From: Oceanispirochaeta sp.
Lineage (GTDB): Bacteria; Spirochaetota; Spirochaetia; DSM-2461
Direction of reading: 5' to 3'
Length of the DNA stretch: 64,000 nt
NCBI GenBank assembly: GCA_963663385.2
Contig: CAXXXD010000004.1
Location: forward strand, 384,001-448,000
Shown: in pieces, positions 10,010-19,135 of the stretch
Numbering within the stretch: position 1 is the first letter of the stretch
Layout: each line of letters starts with the position of its first letter
The notes under the pieces: model-generated
The model's database searches: none
What the model was told of the DNA's origin: nothing
The model's input: the letters and a program-made list of their open reading frames with translations, nothing else
Made by a program: the position numbers and the translations under genes

Positions 10010-10761
10010 AACATCTCCTGCTGCCCCTGATTATCCTTCTCTGTGTAACAGGAGCCATTCTGCTGGCAATACCTCTGGTTCCTTTTACTCTCCCCTGGGA
10101 ACCTTCCCGTATTACATCGGTTTATACCACTCTTGAAGAGTCTGCCTCCGAGTCCCTGCTGAATACGGCGGAGTTCAGTCTGAAAGTCCTCTACCCTTAT
10201 GACTTTATTGATGCGGGGGATGAGGTCCCCTGGAAAACGCTCCAGAGGCATTACAATTACCATAGGGACGACTACCTGACGAGAGAGTCCCGTGAGTTTT
10301 ATCCCGAAGGGATTATTCCCGAGGCATGGCAGTATGCCTCCCTTTACCGTATGTGCCGGGAGTGCGGGCTTGATCCTGCCGCTGATCCCCTCTCCTTTGT
10401 TGTTATTGAAGCCCGGCTGAAAGCCGGTATCAACCTTCGGTTTCAGGAGGACGGGTCAATCGAAGGAGCGCTCCATCTGCACGGGTCCAATGAAAAAAAA
10501 CTTGATATCACACTGCCGGCCGTACAGATTACTGATATAATTATAGTAGATCGTCCGGTACAGATATACGGGTATCCGGAAGTCAGGATCAGTCCGGGAC
10601 AATGGAAAAACCTGATAGAGGCACTGATCCCGGATATAAAAGAGCTGGCCTGTGAAAGGGGGTTGCTTGATGAAGCGGCCAGAGGCGCCGCACTGTTGCT
10701 GACGGATTTATTTGAAGGAGCCGGTTTTGAAGTTAATGATATACAATTTAAGGAGCATTAG
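10006..10761 (+). CDS. Second DUF4230-like membrane-anchored protein with an insertion
   Basis: N-terminal TM, 'LKAGINL', 'ITLPAVQITD', 'GLLDEAARGAALLLTDLFEGAGF'. GTGA overlap with the upstream gene. Confidence 0.6.
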   Translation: MKHLLLPLIILLCVTGAILLAIPLVPFTLPWEPSRITSVYTTLEESASESLLNTAEFSLKVLYPYDFIDAGDEVPWKTLQRHYNYHRDDYLTRESREFYPEGIIPEAWQYASLYRMCRECGLDPAADPLSFVVIEARLKAGINLRFQEDGSIEGALHLHGSNEKKLDITLPAVQITDIIIVDRPVQIYGYPEVRISPGQWKNLIEALIPDIKELACERGLLDEAARGAALLLTDLFEGAGFEVNDIQFKEH

Positions 10762-11347
10762 GCCCATTCTGTTTTTCTGCCTTTTCCCCCTCTTCTGGGG
10801 TGATGCTCTTCTGTATGGAGAAAACCGGGGATCCGCTGAATCGGTAACTATCTATGATGATTTTGATGACGGCCGGTTCGGACGGTCCGAGTACAGGAGT
10901 ATCCTGCGAACGGTGAAACTCAGCGCTTTTGAACGTTCTGTAACCCTGCCCGTTTACTCTCCCGCCACGGAGGAGGAAAGCTGCCTTACGGCTGTTATTG
11001 TTTCTGCCGATCGTTATGATAAAATGCAGGCTCTGGCCGATGAGTCAGGCATCATTGAATTCCGTCAGGACGGACTGGTTTTCAGCTACTCTCTGGAAAA
11101 AGCGGAGGAGTCTCTTCTTTCTGTTCTGGAAGAGTACTACAGCGGTCCCTGGGCGGACTGGTATCAGCCTGTCCGGGAATATTACCTGGAGAATTACGTC
11201 ATCCGAATCCATTCGGCCGAAAATATATTTGAACCCTGGAACAGCACAATCTCCTACTCGGAAGCTCTTTTAATGGCAACCCTGATAGGGGACCGGGATC
11301 AGTGGTTATGGGGAATCCATGACGGTCTGAATCTGGAAATTCCCTGA
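10736..11347 (+). CDS. Hypothetical secreted protein
   Basis: Signal-peptide-like N-terminus and operonic overlap with the previous gene. ATG 10736 is preferred. Confidence 0.6.
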   Translation: MIYNLRSIRPILFFCLFPLFWGDALLYGENRGSAESVTIYDDFDDGRFGRSEYRSILRTVKLSAFERSVTLPVYSPATEEESCLTAVIVSADRYDKMQALADESGIIEFRQDGLVFSYSLEKAEESLLSVLEEYYSGPWADWYQPVREYYLENYVIRIHSAENIFEPWNSTISYSEALLMATLIGDRDQWLWGIHDGLNLEIP

Positions 11348-11420
11348 TTTACGGTTATTCCGGTTGCTATTTCTCCTTTGAAGCGATATATTCTAACCGG
11401 TTTTGCAGTGAGGGTAGTAT

Positions 11421-11750
11421 ATGAAAAGTACAGACATTGCCAGAAAAGACCGGGATTTAAGAAAAGCTAGAAAAAAAGAAGAAATCCTGGCCAGAAAGGG
11501 TACAAGGGATGCACGCAGCGTTGGGGATTATATTAACGAATTGGCAGATCTATTCTTCCACGACGGGAATAAAATCTATAACATTGAAAGCAGTGAAGAG
11601 ATCCTTTTGCTCCTGGAAGAGATGAAGGAAGAAATTCCGGAAAAGCAGTGGAACAATGTTCTGCGGAAATCCATTAAAAAGACCAAGGTCTCCGAAAAAG
11701 ACGCCGCACTTGAACAGTTGAGAGGCATGGGAGAAATCGATCCGGATTAA
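11421..11750 (+). CDS. Hypothetical small charged protein
   Basis: 109-aa ORF with a GAGGG RBS, basic N-terminus and helical pattern. Confidence 0.7.
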   Translation: MKSTDIARKDRDLRKARKKEEILARKGTRDARSVGDYINELADLFFHDGNKIYNIESSEEILLLLEEMKEEIPEKQWNNVLRKSIKKTKVSEKDAALEQLRGMGEIDPD

Positions 11751-11756
11751 CTTCAT

Positions 11757-12095
11757 TCAGGGATAGAGATCATCATCCCTTCTATCGGGAATGGAGTTCA
11801 GCTCCCTTCCATCTGCGGCAGCTTCTTTTGAGACAAAAAGGCCGCAATAACACTGACCGTATTGTTTTATATCGGGTTTACAGTAATCACAGGGACAGCA
11901 TATGTCCCTGTCTTTTTTTCTGTCGTCCCATGCTTCACGGCAGGGGCAGCAGAAGTATCCGTATGCATTGAAGTTCTCCATCAGACCGGAGGCCACTTCC
12001 TTAACCTGTTCCCTCTCGGGGTTGAGCGTCAGATCCTGTTTTTCCGATACCGCTTCGATGAAGTCCATTACATCCTGAAAGTTTTTCTCCTTCAT
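11757..12095 (-). CDS. Ferredoxin:thioredoxin reductase catalytic-subunit-like protein
   Basis: CPC...CPC...CYC signature in 'YFCCPCR...DICCPCDY...GQCYCGLF'. Confidence 0.9.
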   Translation of the reverse strand: MKEKNFQDVMDFIEAVSEKQDLTLNPEREQVKEVASGLMENFNAYGYFCCPCREAWDDRKKDRDICCPCDYCKPDIKQYGQCYCGLFVSKEAAADGRELNSIPDRRDDDLYP

Positions 12096-12097
12096 AA

Positions 12098-12397
12098 TCA
12101 GTCCAGAAGTTCCTTTTCCCAGGCGATACGGATAAAACCTGTCAGAATCTCATCATCATCGATCATAAGAGTCGGGTAGGTCAGCCTTTTGCCGTAGCGT
12201 TCCGAAAAAGCCGTTTTAAATTCTTTCTTCACAAGCGGATCGATTTTATCCATGTAGGTAAATTCGTAGCGGAAATCATTCTCATCCAGAAAGGCTTTGG
12301 CCTTTTTACAGAACCCGCAGGTTGTCAGAGCAAGGAGGTTCAGCTTTCTATCGGACCTGCTTCCTTCTTTCAGTTCAAATTCTATTGTATTGAGCAT
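12098..12397 (-). CDS. Glutaredoxin/NrdH-like protein
   Basis: 'LTTCGFCKKAK', cis-Pro segment 'TYPTL' and 'LTGF'. Confidence 0.88.
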   Translation of the reverse strand: MLNTIEFELKEGSRSDRKLNLLALTTCGFCKKAKAFLDENDFRYEFTYMDKIDPLVKKEFKTAFSERYGKRLTYPTLMIDDDEILTGFIRIAWEKELLD

Positions 12398-12491
12398 AAA
12401 ATTCTCCTACATTCCTTACTGAATATATATTATATTGTAGACGTTCTGGCTAGAATGTACAGAAAAACAAAGGACGAAATAGAAGATTTTC

Positions 12492-13151
12492 TCAGGCGAA
12501 CAGAAACTGCCTGAAATCTTCAATTGTCGGGTGATAGCTGTCGCAGCGGGATTCCATATACTTTCTGATTACAGGAATATTATGGCCCCAACCCGCCCCG
12601 GCAATGGCCACACCGCTTCTCCGGCTCATCTCTACGGCAGGTTTCAGATCGTCTATAATCAGGGCCTGTTCCGGAGTCAGATTGTAGGCTGACAGGATCT
12701 GCTGCACCGGATAGGGGTTTGGTTTTCTCTTCTCCTTATCAAAATCCCATCCGAATACCATCTCCGGCAGGTGAGCTGCTCCGGCATGGGCGTAATCCCT
12801 TCTTATCAATTCTTCAATCGAGTGTGACACTACCGTAATGATGCCGCCTCTGGATTTGAACTCGTTGAGGACATCCAGGAATCCCGGGAAAAAACGGGGG
12901 ATCCTATCCGCTGCATATTCCTGCCAGATCCGGTACTCCTCATTCACTTCCTCCGGAGTGAATCCCAGTTCCTGTGTCATATATTCCATAATCCCCGGTG
13001 AAAAATTTTTGACTATCCATTCCTCCAGAGTACCCGGATCACAATTCGGCCTGAGTTGACGCATTACTTCCAGGTGGGCCGGATAATGGATCTCCGGAGT
13101 GCTCATTACAGATGTATCATCATGGTCCAGTATCAGGCACTGGTATTTCAT
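12492..13151 (-). CDS. HAD-superfamily hydrolase
   Basis: Motif I 'LILDHDDT', 'RKPNPYP' and 'IIDDLKP'. Confidence 0.85.
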   Translation of the reverse strand: MKYQCLILDHDDTSVMSTPEIHYPAHLEVMRQLRPNCDPGTLEEWIVKNFSPGIMEYMTQELGFTPEEVNEEYRIWQEYAADRIPRFFPGFLDVLNEFKSRGGIITVVSHSIEELIRRDYAHAGAAHLPEMVFGWDFDKEKRKPNPYPVQQILSAYNLTPEQALIIDDLKPAVEMSRRSGVAIAGAGWGHNIPVIRKYMESRCDSYHPTIEDFRQFLFA

Positions 13152-14319
13152 TCAGTCTCCTCCGGGGCTGTCGAATCCTCCAGCAATCCCTGTTCCGTTG
13201 TTTTGTTATTATCGAAAAGTCCGGTGAAACGGCTTCCGTCAGCCCAGGTAAACACCCCTATCCCATGCATTCTGCCGTTTCGGAAACTCCCCCGGTAGTG
13301 ACTGCCGTCGGTCCAGAGGCACTCTCCTTCTCCATGGGGCTGATTGTCTTTAAAACTTCCCCTGTAATGCCGGCCGTCAGCTGTAATGAGGTCTCCCATA
13401 CCGTTCATCAGTCCCCGGGAGAACTCCCCCTTATACAGAGATCCGTCACTCCCTTCGAAGATACCGTACCCCCCGGGCCGGTCCTTTTCATCAACCTTCC
13501 CCCTGTACCGGCCGTTTGCAAAACGGATGTCAAGCACGTTCTCTTCGGACGGAAGTTCTTCCTGATCCTGTGATCCGGCCGGTTCGTCATCACTCTCCGA
13601 ATCCGTGCTGATCGAGTCTTCTGTCAGGGGAGCGGCCTCCGATTGTCCGGGCAGATCTGCTTCCGTAACAGCGGTGAGGGATATCCCTCTGTAAACCGCT
13701 TCGACAGGGAGGAGTTCTTCATTCCTGTCTTTTACAAAGCGGACCCTTTTCAGCCAGTCCTCCCGGTGAAAAACCGGGTATTGGAAAAAGTTATGTTCCA
13801 GAACCATACTGTTCTGATTTATGATTTTCTCTTCTGCTATCAGGCCTTTTTCATTTCGCTTGTACCGGCAGCTCCGGAGCAGGTTCCCTTCGGGGTCCCG
13901 TATCTCTGCTTGAATCAGACGGTCCTGTTCGTCATAATTAAAGGAGGTAACGCTTTCCTGCATCCCGTTTATACAGGTTGTTACGTAATCAACCAGTCCC
14001 CGCTTGTTATAACAGTACTCTTTCCTTTCCGTTCCGTTATCTTCGCAGAGTTTCCTGTCCAGGTCGTAGCGTATCAAGGTTTCTTTTACGGCTGTCCTTC
14101 CCGGCCCAGGCGGGTTTCTTTTTCGCACAAACCTTCGGCATTATATTCAAACAGGATAGTTTCATTTCTTTCCTGTTTTTTCTGCAGCCTGTTCTGCTCG
14201 TCGAAGTATGCCGTCGCGATAAGCAGACGCTGTTCCTCTTCTCCGGGAAGAATGGTGTCCAGACGGACCGATTCCAGAGTGAGGGAGCGTATTCTTCCCT
14301 TAAAAGAAAACTCTTCCAT
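13148..14319 (-). CDS. YD-like repeat plus MORN-repeat protein, split by a -1 frameshift near 14086-14095
   Basis: ORF 14086-14376 ends '...LGREGQP*' and the other frame continues 'VKETLIRY...'. C-terminal MORN repeats read 'YKGEFSRGLMNGMG' and 'YRGSFKDNQPHGEG'. Confidence 0.7.
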
Positions 14320-14419
14320 CCCCGAATTATGGATGGAAACGGTAAAAGATGCAATCTTTCTAGAGAGTATGCGCATTATGTGTTATAAATAAACTATTAC
14401 CTTTTAAAAGGCGAATTTA

Positions 14420-15676
14420 ATGAAAAAAGTATTGGTAATTGACGATTCTCCCATGTACAGGGACTTTATGCAGAAACAGCTGGACTCATACGGCTTTGAG
14501 GTCACTCCCGCCATTAATGGTCTGGACGGTATTTCTAAAATTCGTGGTATAATCCCCGATGTCATCATTATGGACTATATGCTGTCCCGCAAAAGCAGCA
14601 TGGATGTTCTCAGGGATAAGCTTAAGGATCCTAATGCCAAGGATATTCCTGTCATTATGGCTTCGTCCAATGTGGACAGACAGAAGATCATGGAGGTGGC
14701 ACCCTACGGCGTCAGGAAGTTTCTGAACAAGCCGATTAAAATCGATGCGCTATTATCGGCCCTGTCGGAGCTGCTGGGTGTCGAGATCAAAGTGGATGAT
14801 ACGCCCTGTCTGCTGGATGCCCACCTGAATGATCAGATCCTTTTTATTGAAATAGCCCGAGGATTTAATAAGGAGAAAATCAATCTCCTCCAGTATAAAA
14901 TCGCGGAGCTGCTGAAGCTGTATAAAGTCCAGTATCCGAGGATCCTGATCCTGATGACGGATATCTCCCTCCGTTCAGAGGATGAACCCAAGCTGGAGCG
15001 GCTTCTGGAGGAAGTCGAGAAATTTGTCAGCACCCTGACTCAGGTTAAAATCCTGACCCTTGATGATAATATTAAAAACTTTGTGAAGTACCATCCCGTA
15101 TATAAAACGGTTGAAATTGTCCGGTCCCTGGATAAAGCAGTCAGCGGGCTTCTTGGTGTAAAGGGTATGGAATCCATGACTTCCGAGCAGGACAATGTTC
15201 AGGACTCTCTTCTCTCTTCCAACATGGAAATGAGGAGCAACGAAGCTTTTCAGTTGAATTTTCAGGATGAATCAATCAATCTCAGGAGTGGTCTCCTTAA
15301 CCGGACGCTCTCTATTGCTGTAGTGGATGATGACTTTATTGTTCATAAAATTATTGCCAAGGCGGTGGAAAAGACAAAATGGCAGGTGGATTACTACCCT
15401 GACGGCAGTTCTTTCCTGAAGGCCCAGAGCGGAAAAGAATACGGAATGCTCCTGCTGGATTTGATGATGCCCGGTATGGACGGATTTCAGGTACTGGAAG
15501 AGCTGAAGAATCGGGGAGTCGATTTCCCTGTGGTTATTCTATCTGCCATGTCAAAAAAGGAGAGCGTATTAAAGGCAAAAGAATCCGGGGTGGACAGCTA
15601 TATCATTAAGCCTTTGAAACCGGAGAGCATCATTGCAAAAATCATGGATGTGATGCTTCGGAAGTTGTCGGAGTAG
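14420..15676 (+). CDS. Response regulator with two receiver domains and a central domain of unknown function
   Basis: N-terminal REC 'VIDDS...IMDYML' and C-terminal REC 'VVDDD...LLDLMMPGMDG...YIIKP'. Confidence 0.88.
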   Translation: MKKVLVIDDSPMYRDFMQKQLDSYGFEVTPAINGLDGISKIRGIIPDVIIMDYMLSRKSSMDVLRDKLKDPNAKDIPVIMASSNVDRQKIMEVAPYGVRKFLNKPIKIDALLSALSELLGVEIKVDDTPCLLDAHLNDQILFIEIARGFNKEKINLLQYKIAELLKLYKVQYPRILILMTDISLRSEDEPKLERLLEEVEKFVSTLTQVKILTLDDNIKNFVKYHPVYKTVEIVRSLDKAVSGLLGVKGMESMTSEQDNVQDSLLSSNMEMRSNEAFQLNFQDESINLRSGLLNRTLSIAVVDDDFIVHKIIAKAVEKTKWQVDYYPDGSSFLKAQSGKEYGMLLLDLMMPGMDGFQVLEELKNRGVDFPVVILSAMSKKESVLKAKESGVDSYIIKPLKPESIIAKIMDVMLRKLSE

Positions 15677-15679
15677 TCT

Positions 15680-18148
15680 GTGAATCCCATTGAGCCGCAG
15701 AGTATCGACTGGACAGCACTTTTCAATGAGTTCCCCCGGGGTGTCGGGGTCCTGAATAATCAGGGGCATCTGCTATACGGGAATGCCCGGTTAAAAAGTC
15801 TCTTTCAGATGGGTTCGGATATTCTGGCAATCCGTTATGCTCCTGTACAGGGTCAATGGCTCTGTTTTCTTAAGGACTTTCTGGCCGGTACCAGTCGTCT
15901 GGATCAGCTGAAAGTTTCCATCCCCCTGAAAAACGGCCGACGCAAATGGTTTTCCATTCGTCTGATCCGCAATGACAGGGACTCCCATATCTTCCTGTTT
16001 GAAGACGATATAACCCAGCAGCACCTGTACGAGGTTCAACTGCAGAATGCCAGGGTTGATGCGGAGAAAGCGACTAAAACCAAATCAGATTTTCTGGCAA
16101 ATATGAGTCATGAGATTCGAACTCCTATCCATACGATTATAGGTATGGCGGAACTGATGAACACCACTGCTCTGGATCAGGAGCAGGAAGAGTACAGTTC
16201 CCAGATACGTTTCAGCGCGGATGTCCTCCTCTCTCTGATAAACGATATTCTTGATTTTTCCAAAATCGAAGCGGGTCAGCTTGAACTGGAGTACACGGAA
16301 TGCAACCTGCAGGATCTGGTGGAGGATTCCATTGATCTGGTGGCTCTGGAGGCACATAAGAAAGGGGTGGAAGTCGGGTTCTATGCAGACCCGGGACTGG
16401 ACCTGCTGGTTGAGGGAGACCCTACAAGGCTCAGGCAGATAATTATGAACCTTGTGAATAATGCTGTAAAATTCACCGAAGAGGGACAGATTATGGTCTA
16501 TCTGAATATGGTGGATCAGGATGACAGGGAAACTACCATAAAATTCACAATAGAAGACAGTGGAATCGGTATACCGGAACAGAAGCAGAAGACTCTGTTC
16601 GAAGCTTTTACCCAGGCGGACTCTTCAACCACAAGGCGGTTCGGAGGGACCGGCCTCGGGCTGACTATATGCAGGAACCTTGTGCAGAAGATGGGAGGGC
16701 AGCTTGAAGTTCAGAGTTCCGAGGGGATTGGTTCGGAGTTTTTCTTCACCCTGAGCTTCCCCCGTATCAATCAGGGTGTTCCCATTCCGGAAAAAGAGAT
16801 CTTCGGTACGGATATGAGGGGTGTTTCCATTCTGCTGGTGGATGATAACTGGAAAATCCGGGAAGTTATGGTGAATTATCTGAGCAGCTGGGGCTGCCGG
16901 GTGGATGAAGCCGGCAGCGGAAGGGAAGCTTTTCAGAAGATGAAGTGGAAAGTCAAAGAGGAAGGCTCTCCCTACGATATATGTATTACGGATCAGCTGA
17001 TGCCGGATATTGACGGTTGGCAGCTGGCCAGCCAGGTAAGAGCCCATGATACGCTGACACAAACGGCTCTGATTCTGATGTCTCTCAAAGCGAAGGGAAC
17101 CGAAGAAGCAAAGATGAAGCTGCTTGGCTGGTTCTCCGCCTATATTAATAAACCTCTCCGTAGAAGGGACCTGTGGGATAAATGTATTCAGGCTCTCTTC
17201 CCGGACAGGGCGGAACCCGGAGAGCTGGAAGAGCTGGAGGAGTTGGACCGAGTGGATCTGAGTAGTCGAATCGAAGCGGAACAGAATGAAAAGTTTAAGG
17301 GAACAGTTCTTATAGCAGAGGATCATCCCGTGAACAGAAAGCTTTTCGAATCTATCCTTGAAAAGCAGGGATTGAATGTCGTATCGGCTGAAAACGGAAA
17401 GGAAGCCCTGGAAATGGCTCAGAAGGTGAATCCTGAGATTATTTTCATGGATTGCCAGATGCCCGTTATGAATGGTTACGAGGCAACAGAGCAGATACGG
17501 GAAACAGGTATCCATGTGCCGATTATTGCTGTTACTGCCAATGCTCTGAAGGGTGAACGGGAAAAATGCCTGACCTGCGGTATGACGGACTTTCTTCCGA
17601 AACCGTTTAAGCAGAAGGATATCAGATCCCTGCTTATACGCTGGATGGGGCAGCAGAAAAACCCGGAAAGCCTGGAAGAACTGGAAGAACTGGAAGAACT
17701 GGAAGAACTGGAAGATGACGATGCGGTTGAAACGATCGAAAGTCTGGAGGATGATACGGGGAAAACCCTTTTAACGGATGAAACTGAAGAGCTGGAGGAT
17801 GTGGGAGTACCGGCTGTATTTGATTTCAAACAGGCTCTGGATACCTTTATGGGGGATCTGGATCTGCTTGTCTCGCTTCTTCAACCCTATCAGGAGCAGA
17901 TGGAAAAATATCTGGTCCAGTTGGAAGAGGACGATATTTTTTCGGATTTGAAGCAGGTCCGAGCAATCGCTCATGCCATAAAGGGCAGTTCCCGGAATCT
18001 TTCGATGGATGTGCTTGGTCTGGCGGCTGAAGAACTGGAATTCGCCGGGCGGGATGAAAAGGCCGATGAAGCCGCTTCTGCTTTCAGGAAGGTTAAAGCG
18101 GCTTATGAGGACGTTAAAGAAAGTCTGGCACCCTATCTTGTGCAATAA
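15680..18148 (+). CDS. Cytoplasmic hybrid histidine kinase (PAS-like, HisKA, HATPase, two REC, Hpt)
   Basis: 'FLANMSHEIRTP', 'GGTGLGL', two REC domains and Hpt 'AHAIKGSS'. Confidence 0.93.
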   Translation: MNPIEPQSIDWTALFNEFPRGVGVLNNQGHLLYGNARLKSLFQMGSDILAIRYAPVQGQWLCFLKDFLAGTSRLDQLKVSIPLKNGRRKWFSIRLIRNDRDSHIFLFEDDITQQHLYEVQLQNARVDAEKATKTKSDFLANMSHEIRTPIHTIIGMAELMNTTALDQEQEEYSSQIRFSADVLLSLINDILDFSKIEAGQLELEYTECNLQDLVEDSIDLVALEAHKKGVEVGFYADPGLDLLVEGDPTRLRQIIMNLVNNAVKFTEEGQIMVYLNMVDQDDRETTIKFTIEDSGIGIPEQKQKTLFEAFTQADSSTTRRFGGTGLGLTICRNLVQKMGGQLEVQSSEGIGSEFFFTLSFPRINQGVPIPEKEIFGTDMRGVSILLVDDNWKIREVMVNYLSSWGCRVDEAGSGREAFQKMKWKVKEEGSPYDICITDQLMPDIDGWQLASQVRAHDTLTQTALILMSLKAKGTEEAKMKLLGWFSAYINKPLRRRDLWDKCIQALFPDRAEPGELEELEELDRVDLSSRIEAEQNEKFKGTVLIAEDHPVNRKLFESILEKQGLNVVSAENGKEALEMAQKVNPEIIFMDCQMPVMNGYEATEQIRETGIHVPIIAVTANALKGEREKCLTCGMTDFLPKPFKQKDIRSLLIRWMGQQKNPESLEELEELEELEELEDDDAVETIESLEDDTGKTLLTDETEELEDVGVPAVFDFKQALDTFMGDLDLLVSLLQPYQEQMEKYLVQLEEDDIFSDLKQVRAIAHAIKGSSRNLSMDVLGLAAEELEFAGRDEKADEAASAFRKVKAAYEDVKESLAPYLVQ
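17672..17715 (+). repeat. In-frame 9-bp tandem repeat (CTGGAAGAA)x4 plus a partial unit, encoding (LEE)n
   Basis: Read directly from the sequence in the REC-Hpt linker. Confidence 0.95.
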
Positions 18149-18740
18149 ATTCATCGACAGCGCTTAACAGTTCATCATATTCATTTACAGTCGGATAGGC
18201 GGGGTATTCCATGGATATGGATTCGGGGGCTCTGAAGAACATCCCTTTATCCGCATTCTGAATCATGGTCAGATCATTATAGGAGTCTCCGGAAGCCATC
18301 ACACGGCAGCCGGCCGATCGAAACGCATCCACAGCTTTCTTCTTTCCGTCTTTCTGACGGAGTGTATATCCTGTAATCCGGTCTGTCTCATCAACTATAA
18401 GAGTGTTGCAGAACAGGGTCGGCCAGTCCAGTTTCCTCATAAGGGGCGCGGCAAACTGATCAAATGTATCGGAAAGGATAATTACCTGGGTTCTCTCCCT
18501 CAGGCTCTGAAGAAAATCATATCCTCCCGGCAGGGGATCCATGGATCCGATAACTTCCTGAATATCCTTGAGCTTCAGACCATGTTCATCCAGGATCCCA
18601 AGTCGTTTATTCATCAGAACATCATAATCGGGGATGTCCCTGGTGGTCAGTTTAAGTTCTTCGATACCTGTTTTAAGAGCAAAGTTGATCCATATTTCAG
18701 GAACAAGTACTCCTTCCAGGTCAAGGCATACTAAATTCAT
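18114..18740 (-). CDS. thrH: Bifunctional phosphoserine phosphatase / homoserine phosphotransferase
   Basis: 'CLDLEGVLVPEIW', 'TTRDIPDYDVLM', 'ILSDTF', 'GDSYNDLTM'. Confidence 0.93.
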   Translation of the reverse strand: MNLVCLDLEGVLVPEIWINFALKTGIEELKLTTRDIPDYDVLMNKRLGILDEHGLKLKDIQEVIGSMDPLPGGYDFLQSLRERTQVIILSDTFDQFAAPLMRKLDWPTLFCNTLIVDETDRITGYTLRQKDGKKKAVDAFRSAGCRVMASGDSYNDLTMIQNADKGMFFRAPESISMEYPAYPTVNEYDELLSAVDEFIAQDRVPDFL

Positions 18741-18844
18741 TTTAATCCTCCGGGGAAATGGGGGGGCGGAACAGGTTCCGGAACCCGGGTATAATAATAC
18801 TGAATCCGTGAAAAGGGAGCAAGGGTTTCATTGCTTTCCACTCA

Positions 18845-18972
18845 ATCTCCCACCCCCTCCCAATCTTCCCAAAGGGAAGATCTCCAACTGGTCTCCCTCC
18901 CTTGGAGGGATTAAGGGAGGCGGGGAGACGTCAGTAAGGATTCCCCTCCACCGGAGGGGCTGGGGGAGGCCG
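18845..18972. repeat. Cluster of three REP-like short palindromes (CCCTCC-nnn-GGAGGG type)
   Basis: Hairpins at 18863-18881, 18894-18910 and 18943-18959, each with a 3-nt loop. The last two are followed by a GGGAGG tail. Confidence 0.7.
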
Positions 18973-18993
18973 AATAATTCGTCAGACAAGTCC

Positions 18994-19023
18994 TTGACCG
19001 AAATATAAGAGGCATGTTAAAAA
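18994..19023 (+). promoter_or_regulatory. Candidate sigma70 promoter for the uraA leader
   Basis: TTGACC at 18994-18999, then TG-t-TAAAAA ending at 19023. The -10 match is weak. Confidence 0.35.
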
Positions 19024-19030
19024 GGGAGTC

Positions 19031-19111
19031 ATGATGAAATACTGGAAAAAACGGAAACGGCTATATTCGGGTTCCTGTATTTATAACAATGGCAACAATG
19101 CCCTGATATGA
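19031..19111 (+). CDS. Candidate 26-aa leader peptide MMKYWKKRKRLYSGSCIYNNGNNALI
   Basis: AAGGGAG lies just upstream and the TGA stop falls inside the terminator hairpin. Translation is unproven. Confidence 0.35.
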   Translation: MMKYWKKRKRLYSGSCIYNNGNNALI

Positions 19112-19135
19112 ATTTCATATCGGGGCTTTTTTTTT
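19100..19135 (+). terminator. Intrinsic terminator in the uraA 5' leader (attenuator)
   Basis: GCCCTGATATGAA/TTCATATCGGGGC stem followed by T9, ending 24 nt before the uraA start. Confidence 0.85.

Noticed and set aside
14037..14354. Alternative 105-aa minus-strand ORF at the MORN split
   Set aside because: This third frame lacks the YD-like pattern. The 14086-14376 and 13148-14128 frames join into a coherent protein.
18114..18148. 35-bp convergent overlap of thrH and the hybrid kinase
   Set aside because: Short tail-to-tail overlaps are common and carry no further signal here.
18634..19008. 124-aa Pro/Gly-rich ORF
   Set aside because: It is the translation of thrH antisense sequence plus the REP-like palindromes.
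18985..19015. AAGTCC...GAGGC as a possible PyrR binding loop
   Set aside because: The spacing does not fit ARUCCnGnGAGGYU, there is no enclosing stem, and it overlaps the likely -35 box.
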